From Desulfatiglandales bacterium (GTDB lineage: Bacteria; Desulfobacterota; DSM-4660; Desulfatiglandales; HGW-15), in contig CAXXJJ010000001.1 in the NCBI GenBank assembly GCA_963667015.2, forward strand, positions 2,016,001-2,080,000: a stretch of 64,000 nucleotides of DNA. The letters are read 5' to 3'. The first letter of the stretch is position 1. Each line of letters starts with the position of its first letter. The position numbers and the translations under genes are program-made. This document shows, piece by piece, positions 19,690 to 28,994 of the stretch. The notes beneath the pieces are model-generated. The model searched no databases. It was not told where the DNA came from and saw nothing but the letters and a program-made list of their open reading frames with translations.

Positions 19690-20352
19690 TTACTTTTCCG
19701 ATGACCCGTCCATATCTATAAAGATATACTTGCTTCTCATATCCTCGGGCACCAGGTCCCTTCTGGCGGTCTCTGCCAGTTTGGGGCCGTAGTGTGCCTG
19801 CATGAACAGGAAGGGCCGGGTAACCTTTTTAATGGTAAAGGGGCAGTGCACGGTGTTTTCCGGGACATAGATCATGGTTGATTTGGTGATGATGTGCTTT
19901 TCCATTTCCTCTCCCATGAACATCTCGAATTCTGCACCCAGATCCTCAGGGTGCTCCGGATCAGAACCTATCGCCACAAGCACTTCCGGAACCGGGTGTG
20001 AGTGGGGGCCGTGTCCCATTGTTTTAGTTGAACTTTTTCCCATCCACATGGCCGAAAAATAGTTGCATCCTTCTATGATATCGTTATCCGCAAAGGTGAC
20101 AAACATAGGGCTGTTACCAAAACCGATACTCCTCTCTTCTTTAGTCAATTCGGTTAAAAAGCACTTACGGTATTTCGATCCTTCAGGCGCATTGGGATCA
20201 ATTGGGCTGGCAGTTGCGGCCATGCTTTCCATGGTGGGCATAAAGGCTGCCGAAAGCATACCTGCCAGTGCAATCCCTGCGGTGCCGGCAGTGATTTCCT
20301 TCATGAAAACTCTCCGTGTTGTGCCATCTTCCCTGTTTTGTTCAGAACTCAT
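19690..20352 (-). CDS. Tat-exported cupin-like protein
   Basis: TTRRVFMK twin-arginine signal; HSHPVPE...HCPF metal-binding cupin pattern. Confidence 0.7.
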   Translation of the reverse strand: MSSEQNREDGTTRRVFMKEITAGTAGIALAGMLSAAFMPTMESMAATASPIDPNAPEGSKYRKCFLTELTKEERSIGFGNSPMFVTFADNDIIEGCNYFSAMWMGKSSTKTMGHGPHSHPVPEVLVAIGSDPEHPEDLGAEFEMFMGEEMEKHIITKSTMIYVPENTVHCPFTIKKVTRPFLFMQAHYGPKLAETARRDLVPEDMRSKYIFIDMDGSSEK

Positions 20353-20391
20353 GGGTGCGTCTCCTTTCTTTCTAAATAATGGTTGATAATT

Positions 20392-21870
20392 TTATATCTC
20401 AAGCGGCGCAAAATCGGTCGGCCCGACAAGCGTCACGTTCATGCCGGTCAGGGCTTCCTCAACAGCCCTGCTGTAATTACCAAGGATCATGATCTGATGA
20501 AGTCCCGGAATGTTCTGAATAAACCGGTCAACATCCCTGATCTTTACATCCATGGTGTTAGCACAGACGTTATTCATGGGACTGTTTTTGGATTTTGTAT
20601 GATTTGTGTCCTTTACCTGGCTTTCAATTCGTCCCGGCCACAGGGCGAAGCTCTTCAGGTCCTTGCTGAATCCGCCGGTAAGTACCTGCCCGTGGGTCGG
20701 AAAATCAACCTCCGGAACCGCCCCTTTCCCGGACCCGTGGTAATCGTGAAGCCTGTAACTCATCTGCGGGGCGTCCAGACCCTTGAGTTTTAAAGGGGCA
20801 ACGCAGTGACTGACGGTAATCTTTGAGTCCTGCGCGCTTACAGTCATAAGGTTACACATAAAGGATGGCCTGCGGCTTATCTCCTCCAGGAGCATGGATG
20901 ACAGCATGCTGCACACATCCGCCTCGCAGGCAGCGGTTATGCCCTCGTCTCTCAGCCGTGCAAAGGCAAGGCAGGGGTAGGGCAGTATCGGGTCAGGACT
21001 CATTGTGAAACCGAGACAGTCTATGGAAACAGCACTTAATCCCTCTTTCTCAACCATGGAACGCAGCAGGATGTAGAGTCTGCAGGAATCGATAATGGTC
21101 TTATCCGGAACACCGCTGACCTCCGTGGCCTCGCTTTTCCATCGCTCCATCTCATTTAATGCGTCCCTGGCATCCACTTCCCTGTAGAGCGCTGCCAGTT
21201 CTTCAATCGGTCGGAACTTTAATTTTACGCCGGTACGCTGATAGACTGTATCCTCATTGAGATTGTGGGACGTTACAGTAGTGGAGTCGAACGGCCTTCC
21301 GAAAAGGACTGCCTTTCGGCCTTCGAGAATCCATGGAGATGCCGCGATTCTGATACGCTCCAGGGCCTGGTCTTGGGATATGGCAAAGGTGACATTTGCG
21401 CCGTTTCCACGCAGTGATGCCGCAAGGTTTGCGTCTATGGGGATCAGGTCAGGATTCACGGTAAGAACGATTACCGGAATATCAATGTCTCCCATTGTAT
21501 CGCAAAGCTTGCCAAAGCTGAAGGTCATGCGGGGCAGGATCATGAGAAGAATATCCATATCCTGCCCGTTAATAATATGTGATATTTTATCCGAATCCTT
21601 ATAGTCGACCTTTATTGCAGACACCTGGAGATCGGTTCCCGGAATCGATCCCATGGTCTCGATGAATTTTTCATGCTCCTGCGGATTATTGCTCAGGCAG
21701 ACAAGTTTTTTTCCCCCTCCTGCACTTACCCGATTCGGCCGGATTGCTGTATCAATACCCTGGTCTGCCAGGACCGTTCCCGGCATGGCTGCAGCCATAC
21801 CGGCCAGTGTTATTGTTTTTATAAAATCCCGCCTTCCTTCATTGATTTCTTTTTGATCCGCATCGGCCAC
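20392..21870 (-). CDS. Tat-exported L-fucose/arabinose isomerase-like protein
   Basis: GRRDFIK twin-arginine signal; AVSIDCL, PCLAFARL.DEGI.AACEAD and SHC..P motifs of FucI-like proteins. Confidence 0.75.
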   Translation of the reverse strand: MADADQKEINEGRRDFIKTITLAGMAAAMPGTVLADQGIDTAIRPNRVSAGGGKKLVCLSNNPQEHEKFIETMGSIPGTDLQVSAIKVDYKDSDKISHIINGQDMDILLMILPRMTFSFGKLCDTMGDIDIPVIVLTVNPDLIPIDANLAASLRGNGANVTFAISQDQALERIRIAASPWILEGRKAVLFGRPFDSTTVTSHNLNEDTVYQRTGVKLKFRPIEELAALYREVDARDALNEMERWKSEATEVSGVPDKTIIDSCRLYILLRSMVEKEGLSAVSIDCLGFTMSPDPILPYPCLAFARLRDEGITAACEADVCSMLSSMLLEEISRRPSFMCNLMTVSAQDSKITVSHCVAPLKLKGLDAPQMSYRLHDYHGSGKGAVPEVDFPTHGQVLTGGFSKDLKSFALWPGRIESQVKDTNHTKSKNSPMNNVCANTMDVKIRDVDRFIQNIPGLHQIMILGNYSRAVEEALTGMNVTLVGPTDFAPLEI

Positions 21871-21929
21871 CTGAATCTCCTTTCTGTAAAAAATATTATG
21901 GTTACATTATCAACTCGTGAGATATGAAA

Positions 21930-21969
21930 ACGGAACACCCTTTTATTATAAAAAAATAGAGTGTTCCGT
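21930..21969 (-). terminator. Probable terminator hairpin
   Basis: ACGGAACAC...GTGTTCCGT followed by a T-run on the minus strand, downstream of 22025-22495. Confidence 0.55.
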
Positions 21970-22024
21970 CTTTATTTTTTAACCTGCTTATAAAACCCAG
22001 GCCCGATGGGCGTGGAGATGTTGA

Positions 22025-22495
22025 TTATTTAGAAACTACTGCTTTAAAGTAATCTTCAAGGCCGGACTTGCACTCAGGCTTGGGTTTAAACACGAACTGA
22101 ACGGTCTGACCTTCACTGGCCTTCACATTCATGCTGTATACACCTTTCATAAAAACAACGCTGCTTGTCTGGCCATTTTCATAAAGGAAATCTTTTGTTG
22201 CTTTCAGACCATATGAGGGACCGTTACAGTAAATAGGGGAAGTGTAATCAGTCTCAAAAGTGTATGCATGCTTTCCCGGTGAAACATATATGACCGAAGC
22301 CGAATTTACTTTCTGATCATCAATCTTTACAATTTTTTCGTTATCCGGAATGACTACCTTAACCAGGTTAGAAACAGGGGTTGTCTCCAGCGATTTTGGA
22401 AAATAACGAGGTGCGGGAGTGGCGCAGCCTCCGATCAATGTCAGAAAAAACAAAATTGAAAAGAAGAAACCGATGCGCCTATTTTTATTACTCAT
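22025..22495 (-). CDS. Hypothetical lipoprotein
   Basis: Lipobox IGGC; AGGAGG RBS. Confidence 0.75.
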   Translation of the reverse strand: MSNKNRRIGFFFSILFFLTLIGGCATPAPRYFPKSLETTPVSNLVKVVIPDNEKIVKIDDQKVNSASVIYVSPGKHAYTFETDYTSPIYCNGPSYGLKATKDFLYENGQTSSVVFMKGVYSMNVKASEGQTVQFVFKPKPECKSGLEDYFKAVVSK

Positions 22496-22780
22496 GTTTT
22501 CTGCCTCCTTTATATAAATTTTACAAAGATTGATAATCCTCTGAATCCTGTATTTGATAAAAAAATGGAGTTATTTAATACATTATGTGTCGGTTCCTGA
22601 ACTGATACATATTATGTTTAAGTCTTTTTGACAAAAATTTCAAGGGGTATGATTCAATTATCAAGAATCATAATTTGGAATAATAAACTAGGGCCAAGGC
22701 ATTTCAGGCTGCCTCCTTCGCTAAAGCTACGGCGCGCCAGGGAAGCTTTTTAGTCTGAAGGCTGTTAGGGAAAAGAAAAT

Positions 22781-22820
22781 ACAAAACCCCGTCCTATTAA
22801 AAAGAGAAGCGGGGTTTTGT
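22781..22820. terminator. Rho-independent terminator
   Basis: ACAAAACCCCG...CGGGGTTTTGT downstream of 22873-23430. Confidence 0.7.
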
Positions 22821-22872
22821 TTAAATAAAAGGATCTTTTGTCAACTAATTCGGAGATGATCCAAATAAAAAA

Positions 22873-23430
22873 CTAAGGTACGGAATCCAGTAATTCTTCA
22901 ATTATAGCCATAAACTCTGCTGCTTCCCCCTCTAGATCATCACTATAATAACGCGTGGCACCAAGCCTGGTATACTTGCATCCAAAAACGAAAGTAGGTG
23001 TTGAATATTCAGGATTAAACGTCCCGAAAATTTCCAGTTCAGAGTCGGGGATAGTACCTTCCACCTCACTGGTAAGGAGATCATCACCAGTATTGCCTCC
23101 CCAGCTTTCCCAGTGATGTGCTATTATTAATCCCTGATCCATGTACCATTTAACAACCGGGTTAAATGCTTTAGCGTCCCATCCACAGAATGGGCAATTT
23201 TTGCCAGAAAACATCCTTATAACCGGCTTGCCGTCTTCCAGGCAGATGTCGGTACCTTCATCATCAAAAGTAGTAATTGAGGATGGGGTAATATCATTTG
23301 GGTTTATCGTGTCATCACCTGGGGTATCTGAGTCTCCGCCGCCACCTCCGCCAGAGGCAACAATAGTCATAAGGCCGATTATCATTACTAATGATAGACA
23401 AAAAGAGCTGATTATATTTAGCTTCCGCAT
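22873..23430 (-). CDS. Exported thioredoxin-fold protein (CPFC)
   Basis: Signal helix plus Gly linker; MFSGKNCPFC; cis-Pro loop STPTFVFG. Confidence 0.75.
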   Translation of the reverse strand: MRKLNIISSFCLSLVMIIGLMTIVASGGGGGGDSDTPGDDTINPNDITPSSITTFDDEGTDICLEDGKPVIRMFSGKNCPFCGWDAKAFNPVVKWYMDQGLIIAHHWESWGGNTGDDLLTSEVEGTIPDSELEIFGTFNPEYSTPTFVFGCKYTRLGATRYYSDDLEGEAAEFMAIIEELLDSVP

Positions 23431-23578
23431 CTGCTTTTTCCTCCGTTCTTAATATTTCACTTCTGTTGAAATTGGAATCAGTCAATTTCATATCATGAAA
23501 ATGACAGGTCTGGCAAGTGATACACGAAGCAGGAGAAAGGCAAAGGGGAGTATTGTCTAAAGGTACATCTGAACCGCT

Positions 23579-25123
23579 TCAGCCTGTTATAATCGTCGCC
23601 CATTCAGGTATCACTGCAGGATCAATCGAAAATATAACTGTTCCAAAGGTATAAAAAATAATCCCTATTGCCAGTATCCCCAGCAGGTTTATAAAGATTC
23701 CTGCCTTTACCATGTCTATTATCCTGATTTTACCGCTCCCGAAGACTATGGCGTTTGGCGGTGTTGCTACCGGCATCATGAATGCACACGAGGCTGACAG
23801 TGTTGCCGGAATCATCAGGAGAAGGGGGTTTGTCTTCATTGCCACTGAAACAGATGCAAGGATCGGAAGTATCATTTCCGTGGTTGCTGTATTGGATGTG
23901 AGCTCGGTTAAAAAGGTTATGGAAGAGCATGTAAGGGTAATCATCAGGTAAGGAGATGTCCCTGCCAGGTCTTTAAATTTAGATCCGATGATTTCGGACA
24001 GGCCTGTTACCTGAAAACCCTTTGCAAGGGCAAAGCCTCCGCCAAACAGCAGTACAATATGCCACGGTATTTCTTTGAATACACGGACATCTATTATAGC
24101 GAAGCCTTCTTTAGACCGGTCTTTGGATGGAATAATAAATAGAAGCAGGGACATGAAGATTGCCACTGTTCCATCGTCGATCAATGAAGGGTAGGGGAGC
24201 AGCCCGGACCAGCCCGGGATTGTTACTGCGCCTATATTAATCTCTTTTCTGAAAACCCATAAAAAGGCAGCTCCAATAAATACCGCCATTATGCACTTTT
24301 CTTCAAAACCTATTGGCCCGAGGTCTCTGTATTCATCCTGTACCAGCCTCCTGTCTGTTTTGAGATGGGCGGGAAACCTGAAATATAATTTTGTGAGGAT
24401 AAGCCATATAACACCGGTCATGATTATTGTAATGGGCAGGGCCATAAAAAGCCACTGTCCAAAGGTGACAGGCTCTGCCTCAGGAAATGTTATCTCAAAA
24501 ATCCGGGCAAAGGAAAGGTTGGGAGGTGTGCCCACAAGGGTTGCTATTCCGCCCATTGAACAGGCATAGGCAATGCCCAGCATAAGTGCAACGGCAAAAT
24601 CATGAGAGGCCTCTTCTCCGAAATTCGCTTCCATGCGGGATATGATAGCAAGGCCTATGGGCACCATCATTACGGCAGTGGCTGTGTTTGAGATCCACAT
24701 GGAAAGAAATGCGGAGGCTGCCATAAAGCCCAGTATTATGGTTGAGGGACTTCCACCTATAAGCCTTATTATCCACAGGGCTATCCTTTTGTGAAGCCGC
24801 CATTTTTCCATGGCAATTGCAATAATAAAGCCCCCTATGAAGAGAAAAATGGTGCTGTTGATATAGATAGGCGCAGTACTCTTTCCGCTCATGATGCCTG
24901 TCAGCGGGAAAAGTATTACCGGCAGCAGAGATGTTGCAGCAAGAGGTATGGCATCGCTTATCCACCAGACAGCCATAAGCGTTGCAACTGCTGCCATCCG
25001 TGATGCCATGGGATTTTCCGGCGCTGGATTTGTGAGCAGTAACAGAATGAATAAAAGAGGACCGAGAAAAAGCCCGATCTTCTGTATGCTGTTTTTTTTT
25101 GAATTAGAATTTTTTTCAGTCAT
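23579..25123 (-). CDS. DASS/SLC13 sodium:dicarboxylate or sulfate symporter
   Basis: SMWISNTAT, GTPPN, TSNTATT, PVATPPNAIVFGSG motifs. Confidence 0.93.
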   Translation of the reverse strand: MTEKNSNSKKNSIQKIGLFLGPLLFILLLLTNPAPENPMASRMAAVATLMAVWWISDAIPLAATSLLPVILFPLTGIMSGKSTAPIYINSTIFLFIGGFIIAIAMEKWRLHKRIALWIIRLIGGSPSTIILGFMAASAFLSMWISNTATAVMMVPIGLAIISRMEANFGEEASHDFAVALMLGIAYACSMGGIATLVGTPPNLSFARIFEITFPEAEPVTFGQWLFMALPITIIMTGVIWLILTKLYFRFPAHLKTDRRLVQDEYRDLGPIGFEEKCIMAVFIGAAFLWVFRKEINIGAVTIPGWSGLLPYPSLIDDGTVAIFMSLLLFIIPSKDRSKEGFAIIDVRVFKEIPWHIVLLFGGGFALAKGFQVTGLSEIIGSKFKDLAGTSPYLMITLTCSSITFLTELTSNTATTEMILPILASVSVAMKTNPLLLMIPATLSASCAFMMPVATPPNAIVFGSGKIRIIDMVKAGIFINLLGILAIGIIFYTFGTVIFSIDPAVIPEWATIITG

Positions 25124-25516
25124 TTTTTTTTAAAAAAAATTTTTAAAAGGCTCTTGACTGGTATTTAACCGTGCTTATATTTTTACCGATTAAAATAACG
25201 TATAGTACTGATAATACAGGTTAAATATGTTTTATTTTGCATGTTGTATATTTCCGGGATTGAATTTCTGATTTTGGGAAGGCAATGGCAAAGCTGATCA
25301 GAGTAAAGATAATTATCAAACATCAATTCCCGAACATGCTTGAGACGGTTATAATAGACTGCCTTCCTTAAATGATTTTAAAACAGTTATCACATTAATT
25401 TCATTTATTCAATATTGGAAATTGTCAGTTCTATTAAAGCTTTATCGATCTAATTGTATATTAATATGTGCAGGCAGGATGTAATAAACATGCGTAAATG
25501 AAAGGAGGATTTAGTT

Positions 25517-25963
25517 ATGTTATTTTTAAAAAGAGAACCTAACTGGAGAAATTTTAACAACTGGAGCCCCTTCGAAGAGCTTAACCGCATGAGAAGGGAT
25601 ATGGAGAGGTTAACCGAAGGTTTTTCAAAGGGATCAGGGGCAGGTGTATTTCCGCTCATGAATGTGACAGAAGACAATGACGCCTATTATATTCGTGCAG
25701 AACTGCCGGGGCTTAAGTCTGATGAAATTGAGCTTTCGGTTACAGGAGACAGTATTTCCATCTCCGGTGAGAGAAAAATTGCCAATGAAGAAGGCGCAAA
25801 ATATCACAGGAGGGAAAGAGAGTCAGGCAAGTTTAACAGGATATTTAATCTGCCCGGGCCGGTTGATGTCGAAAATGTGGATGCATCAAGTGTTGACGGT
25901 GTACTTGTAGTAAAACTTCCTAAATCTGAAGTTGCCAAACCAAGGCAGATTACCATCAAATAA
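25517..25963 (+). CDS. Hsp20/alpha-crystallin small heat-shock protein
   Basis: AELPGL, RRERESGKFNR, DGVLVVKLPK. Confidence 0.95.
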   Translation: MLFLKREPNWRNFNNWSPFEELNRMRRDMERLTEGFSKGSGAGVFPLMNVTEDNDAYYIRAELPGLKSDEIELSVTGDSISISGERKIANEEGAKYHRRERESGKFNRIFNLPGPVDVENVDASSVDGVLVVKLPKSEVAKPRQITIK

Positions 25964-25985
25964 AAACAGAAAGGAGGAACGAATC

Positions 25986-26396
25986 ATGACCGAATCTGAG
26001 GCAAAAGCATTACAGGCAAAAGAAAAGGCAGAAGTGTCAGGCATGACTGAACAGACAAAACCGGGACTGGTTTTTACTCCGGATGTAGATATATTCGAAA
26101 CGGAAAAGGATTTAACCCTGCTTGCAGACATGCCGGGAGTAAAGGCTGAAAATCTTAACATAGATTTAAAGGAAAATGTCTTAACCCTGGACGGTGAGGT
26201 AAAAAAACCGGAAGGTAAAAATGAAGTAGAGCTCTTCACAGAGTACAGGACCGGGAAATATTACAGGCAGTTCAACCTGTCAGACATAATTGATCAGTCA
26301 AAGATTGAGGCAAGCATGAAGGATGGGGTACTGAGACTCACACTCCCAAAGATCGAGGCTGCCAAACCCCGCAAGATATCTATTAAATCATCATAG
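25986..26396 (+). CDS. Hsp20/alpha-crystallin small heat-shock protein
   Basis: ATG at 25986 after AAGGAGG; TPDVDIFE, ADMPGV, DGVLRLTLPK. Confidence 0.95.
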   Translation: MTESEAKALQAKEKAEVSGMTEQTKPGLVFTPDVDIFETEKDLTLLADMPGVKAENLNIDLKENVLTLDGEVKKPEGKNEVELFTEYRTGKYYRQFNLSDIIDQSKIEASMKDGVLRLTLPKIEAAKPRKISIKSS

Positions 26397-26405
26397 TATC
26401 GGTTT

Positions 26406-26436
26406 AGGGATGGGATTATTAATAATATCCCATCCC
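26406..26436 (+). terminator. Terminator hairpin
   Basis: GGGATGGGAT...ATCCCATCCC followed by a T-rich tract. Confidence 0.7.
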
Positions 26437-26511
26437 ATTTTATATTTTTAATCTCCTTAAGGTTGAAATCTTTAAGAATTGATCTTCATGGGTTTGATAG
26501 TGGAGGTAGTT

Positions 26512-27171
26512 ATGTCAAAAGATTATTACCTGGTTCTGGGAGTGAGCAGAGGCGCAGACTTAAACAAGATAAAGAAGGCATACCGTACTATAGCCAAAAG
26601 ACATCATCCCGATGTCTCGGATAAAGAGGAGAGCATGACAAGGTTTCTGGAGGTAAAGGAAGCCTATGACACACTCAGTGACCAGGATAGAAAATATAAA
26701 TACGATGAAAAACTGAAAACACACACTGTTCCATACAGGGTAAACCGGGTTCCCGAGGAAATGAGAGAGCGGGTTTCAGGATACAGGAAAAGGGGGTCTG
26801 ATTTTTACACGGGAACCGATGATTTTTTTGAAGGTTTTATACCGGGTTTTTATGATAGTGATAAAGGGAGCCTGCAGGAAAAGGATCTGTATTATGAGGC
26901 AATACTTACCCCTGATGAGGCAGCTGCAGGAGGGCTTTATCCGGTTACCGTGCCTGTAATGGCAAAATGCCCTGTGTGCTCAAAGTCCGGGCTATGGGAA
27001 GGTCTTTTTTGCCCTTTATGCAATGGTCTTGGAAGAATATCGGCAGAAAGAAAATTCGCCCTGGGTGTGCCTCCCAATATAAGCAGTGGAACCGAAATAA
27101 GTCTATCCCTTGAAGGGATCGGGCTTAAGGGTATGTATCTGCATATAATGGTAACTATCGCTGATTATTAA
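26512..27171 (+). CDS. DnaJ-domain protein with partial Zn finger
   Basis: KDYYLVLGV...HPD J-domain; CPVCSKSG and CPLCNGLG; ATG at 26512 after GGAGG. Confidence 0.88.
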   Translation: MSKDYYLVLGVSRGADLNKIKKAYRTIAKRHHPDVSDKEESMTRFLEVKEAYDTLSDQDRKYKYDEKLKTHTVPYRVNRVPEEMRERVSGYRKRGSDFYTGTDDFFEGFIPGFYDSDKGSLQEKDLYYEAILTPDEAAAGGLYPVTVPVMAKCPVCSKSGLWEGLFCPLCNGLGRISAERKFALGVPPNISSGTEISLSLEGIGLKGMYLHIMVTIADY

Positions 27172-27290
27172 CCGGTGTTAAGCTAAAAAGCAGTGTTTTT
27201 GTATGATCTTTTTCAGCCGCCAGCGTTCAGCTTTCAGCAAAAGGGTATCAAAGAAAGACCTGGCTGATAGCTGAATGCTGAGAGCTTAAC

Positions 27291-28511
27291 TTACAAATTA
27301 TATGCTGTTTCATCATGCTGGCTTAAATCAAGTCCGCTTATCTCATCTTCTTCCGATACACGCAGGCCGAAGATTTTATCTATAATTTTAAAAAGTATAT
27401 AAGTTAATACAAAACTGTAGATAATTGTGACTGCAATTACAATGCACTGTATGCCGAGCTGTTTCGGGTTTCCGAAGAAAAGACCATCTGCACCTGCAGG
27501 GTTGACTGCAGTGCTTGCAAAAAGTCCTGTAACAAAAAGCCCCAGAACCCCGCCAACACCGTGAATGCCCACAACATCAAGGCTGTCATCATAGCCAAAG
27601 CGGTTTTTTGCCATGATACCGCAATAACAAAGCACACCGGCAAGAATACCGATAATTGCTGCTGATATTGGCCCCACAAAGCCAGATGCAGGGGTCACGG
27701 TAGCGAGCCCCGCAATGGCCCCACTGGCGGCTCCAAGGGTTGTTGCCTTGCCAATGGTCTTCCACTCCATTGCTATCCAGGCAAGGGCTCCTGTTGTGCC
27801 CGCTATATGTGTTGCTACAAATGCATTTCCTGCGATGGCTCCGACCGAAAGTGCACTCCCTGCATTAAACCCGAACCATCCGAACCACAGGATACCTGCA
27901 CCGAGCAGTGTCATGGGTAAATTATGGGGTTTAAGATCTTCTGAGCCGAATCCCCTTCTTTTACCAAGCATGATTGCCGCCACAAGCGCTGCCGCTCCTG
28001 AGCTTAAATGCACTGCCACTCCTCCGGCAAAGTCTTTGGCGCCCAGTTCTGCCATCCAGCCTCCATCAGCCCATATCCAGTGGCAAAGCGGGTTATAAAC
28101 CAGTATTGACCACAAAAGGCTGAAGATCAAAAACGGTCCGAATTTCATCCTTTCGGCAAATGCCCCTGTTATAAGCGCGGGTGTAATAACCGCAAACATG
28201 CATTGAAAGATCATAAATACGTTATGCGGGATAGTTGTTGCATAAACTTCATGGGGTGTGGAACCGACGCCGTTAAGTGCAAACCATTCCAGTCCTCCTA
28301 TAATACCCCATTTGTCAGGACCGAATGACATGCTGTATCCTATCAGTATCCATTCAAGACTGATTACTCCGATCAGGATAAAGCTCTGCATAATTGTGCC
28401 CAGTACATTTTTACTCCTCACCATCCCTGCATAAAAAAGGGCAAGTCCGGGTGTCATAAGCAGAACAAGTGCTGCTGAAACCAAAATAAAGGCTGTATCT
28501 CCTGTGTTCAT
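27291..28511 (-). CDS. amtB: Ammonium transporter
   Basis: MNTGDTAF...LMTPGLALFYAG, DFAGGVAVH, WFGWFGFNAGS, DDSLDVVGIHG; ATG at 28511 after GGAGG. Confidence 0.95.
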   Translation of the reverse strand: MNTGDTAFILVSAALVLLMTPGLALFYAGMVRSKNVLGTIMQSFILIGVISLEWILIGYSMSFGPDKWGIIGGLEWFALNGVGSTPHEVYATTIPHNVFMIFQCMFAVITPALITGAFAERMKFGPFLIFSLLWSILVYNPLCHWIWADGGWMAELGAKDFAGGVAVHLSSGAAALVAAIMLGKRRGFGSEDLKPHNLPMTLLGAGILWFGWFGFNAGSALSVGAIAGNAFVATHIAGTTGALAWIAMEWKTIGKATTLGAASGAIAGLATVTPASGFVGPISAAIIGILAGVLCYCGIMAKNRFGYDDSLDVVGIHGVGGVLGLFVTGLFASTAVNPAGADGLFFGNPKQLGIQCIVIAVTIIYSFVLTYILFKIIDKIFGLRVSEEDEISGLDLSQHDETAYNL

Positions 28512-28557
28512 TTGTTCCCCTCCTGTTTTTTTAAAACTACAGAAATGTATGTAAAGT

Positions 28558-28575
28558 ATGCAAAAGGGAGACCTT
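28558..28575 (-). promoter_or_regulatory. Sigma54 promoter of amtB
   Basis: Minus strand AAGGTCTCCCTTTTGCAT, GG-N10-GC; TACA-N4-TGTA-type candidate activator sites at 28651-28727. Confidence 0.6.
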
Positions 28576-28994
28576 ATTAAATATGGAATAGCCAAACTTG
28601 ATTTTTATAAAAATAGATTGAAATAAAAAAATAATGCATAATATGTTGAATACAAAAGTGTAAAAACAGGGAGTAAAAAAGTCAAAAATGTAGATAATGG
28701 CAAAACTTCAATATTGTCGATAATGTAAAAGCTCTGAAAATTTAGAAATAAAAACAGCTAAAGTTTAATTATTTCAACTGATTTTAAGTATAAATAAATA
28801 TTATTGCAATTTGTTATTTGGAGGTGCTGAAAAAATACAATAATGAAGAATCTTCTTGGGTGACAGGTATGTAAATCTTCATTCTTGTCTTAAAAACGAC
28901 AATAATATTTCTAATATGAATAAATGGTTGCGTAAGTTTTATTATTAGGGTTAGATGCCTGATTTTCAATCAATGAGAATGCATCCGGTCATTT

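Noticed and set aside
22595..22623. dif-like XerCD site
   Set aside because: TTATGTTTAAG resembles a XerD arm, but the XerC arm lacks the required ATAA half-site.
25140..25516. CIRCE/HrcA operator upstream of the hsp20 genes
   Set aside because: No TTAGCACTC-N9-GAGTGCTAA sequence was found.
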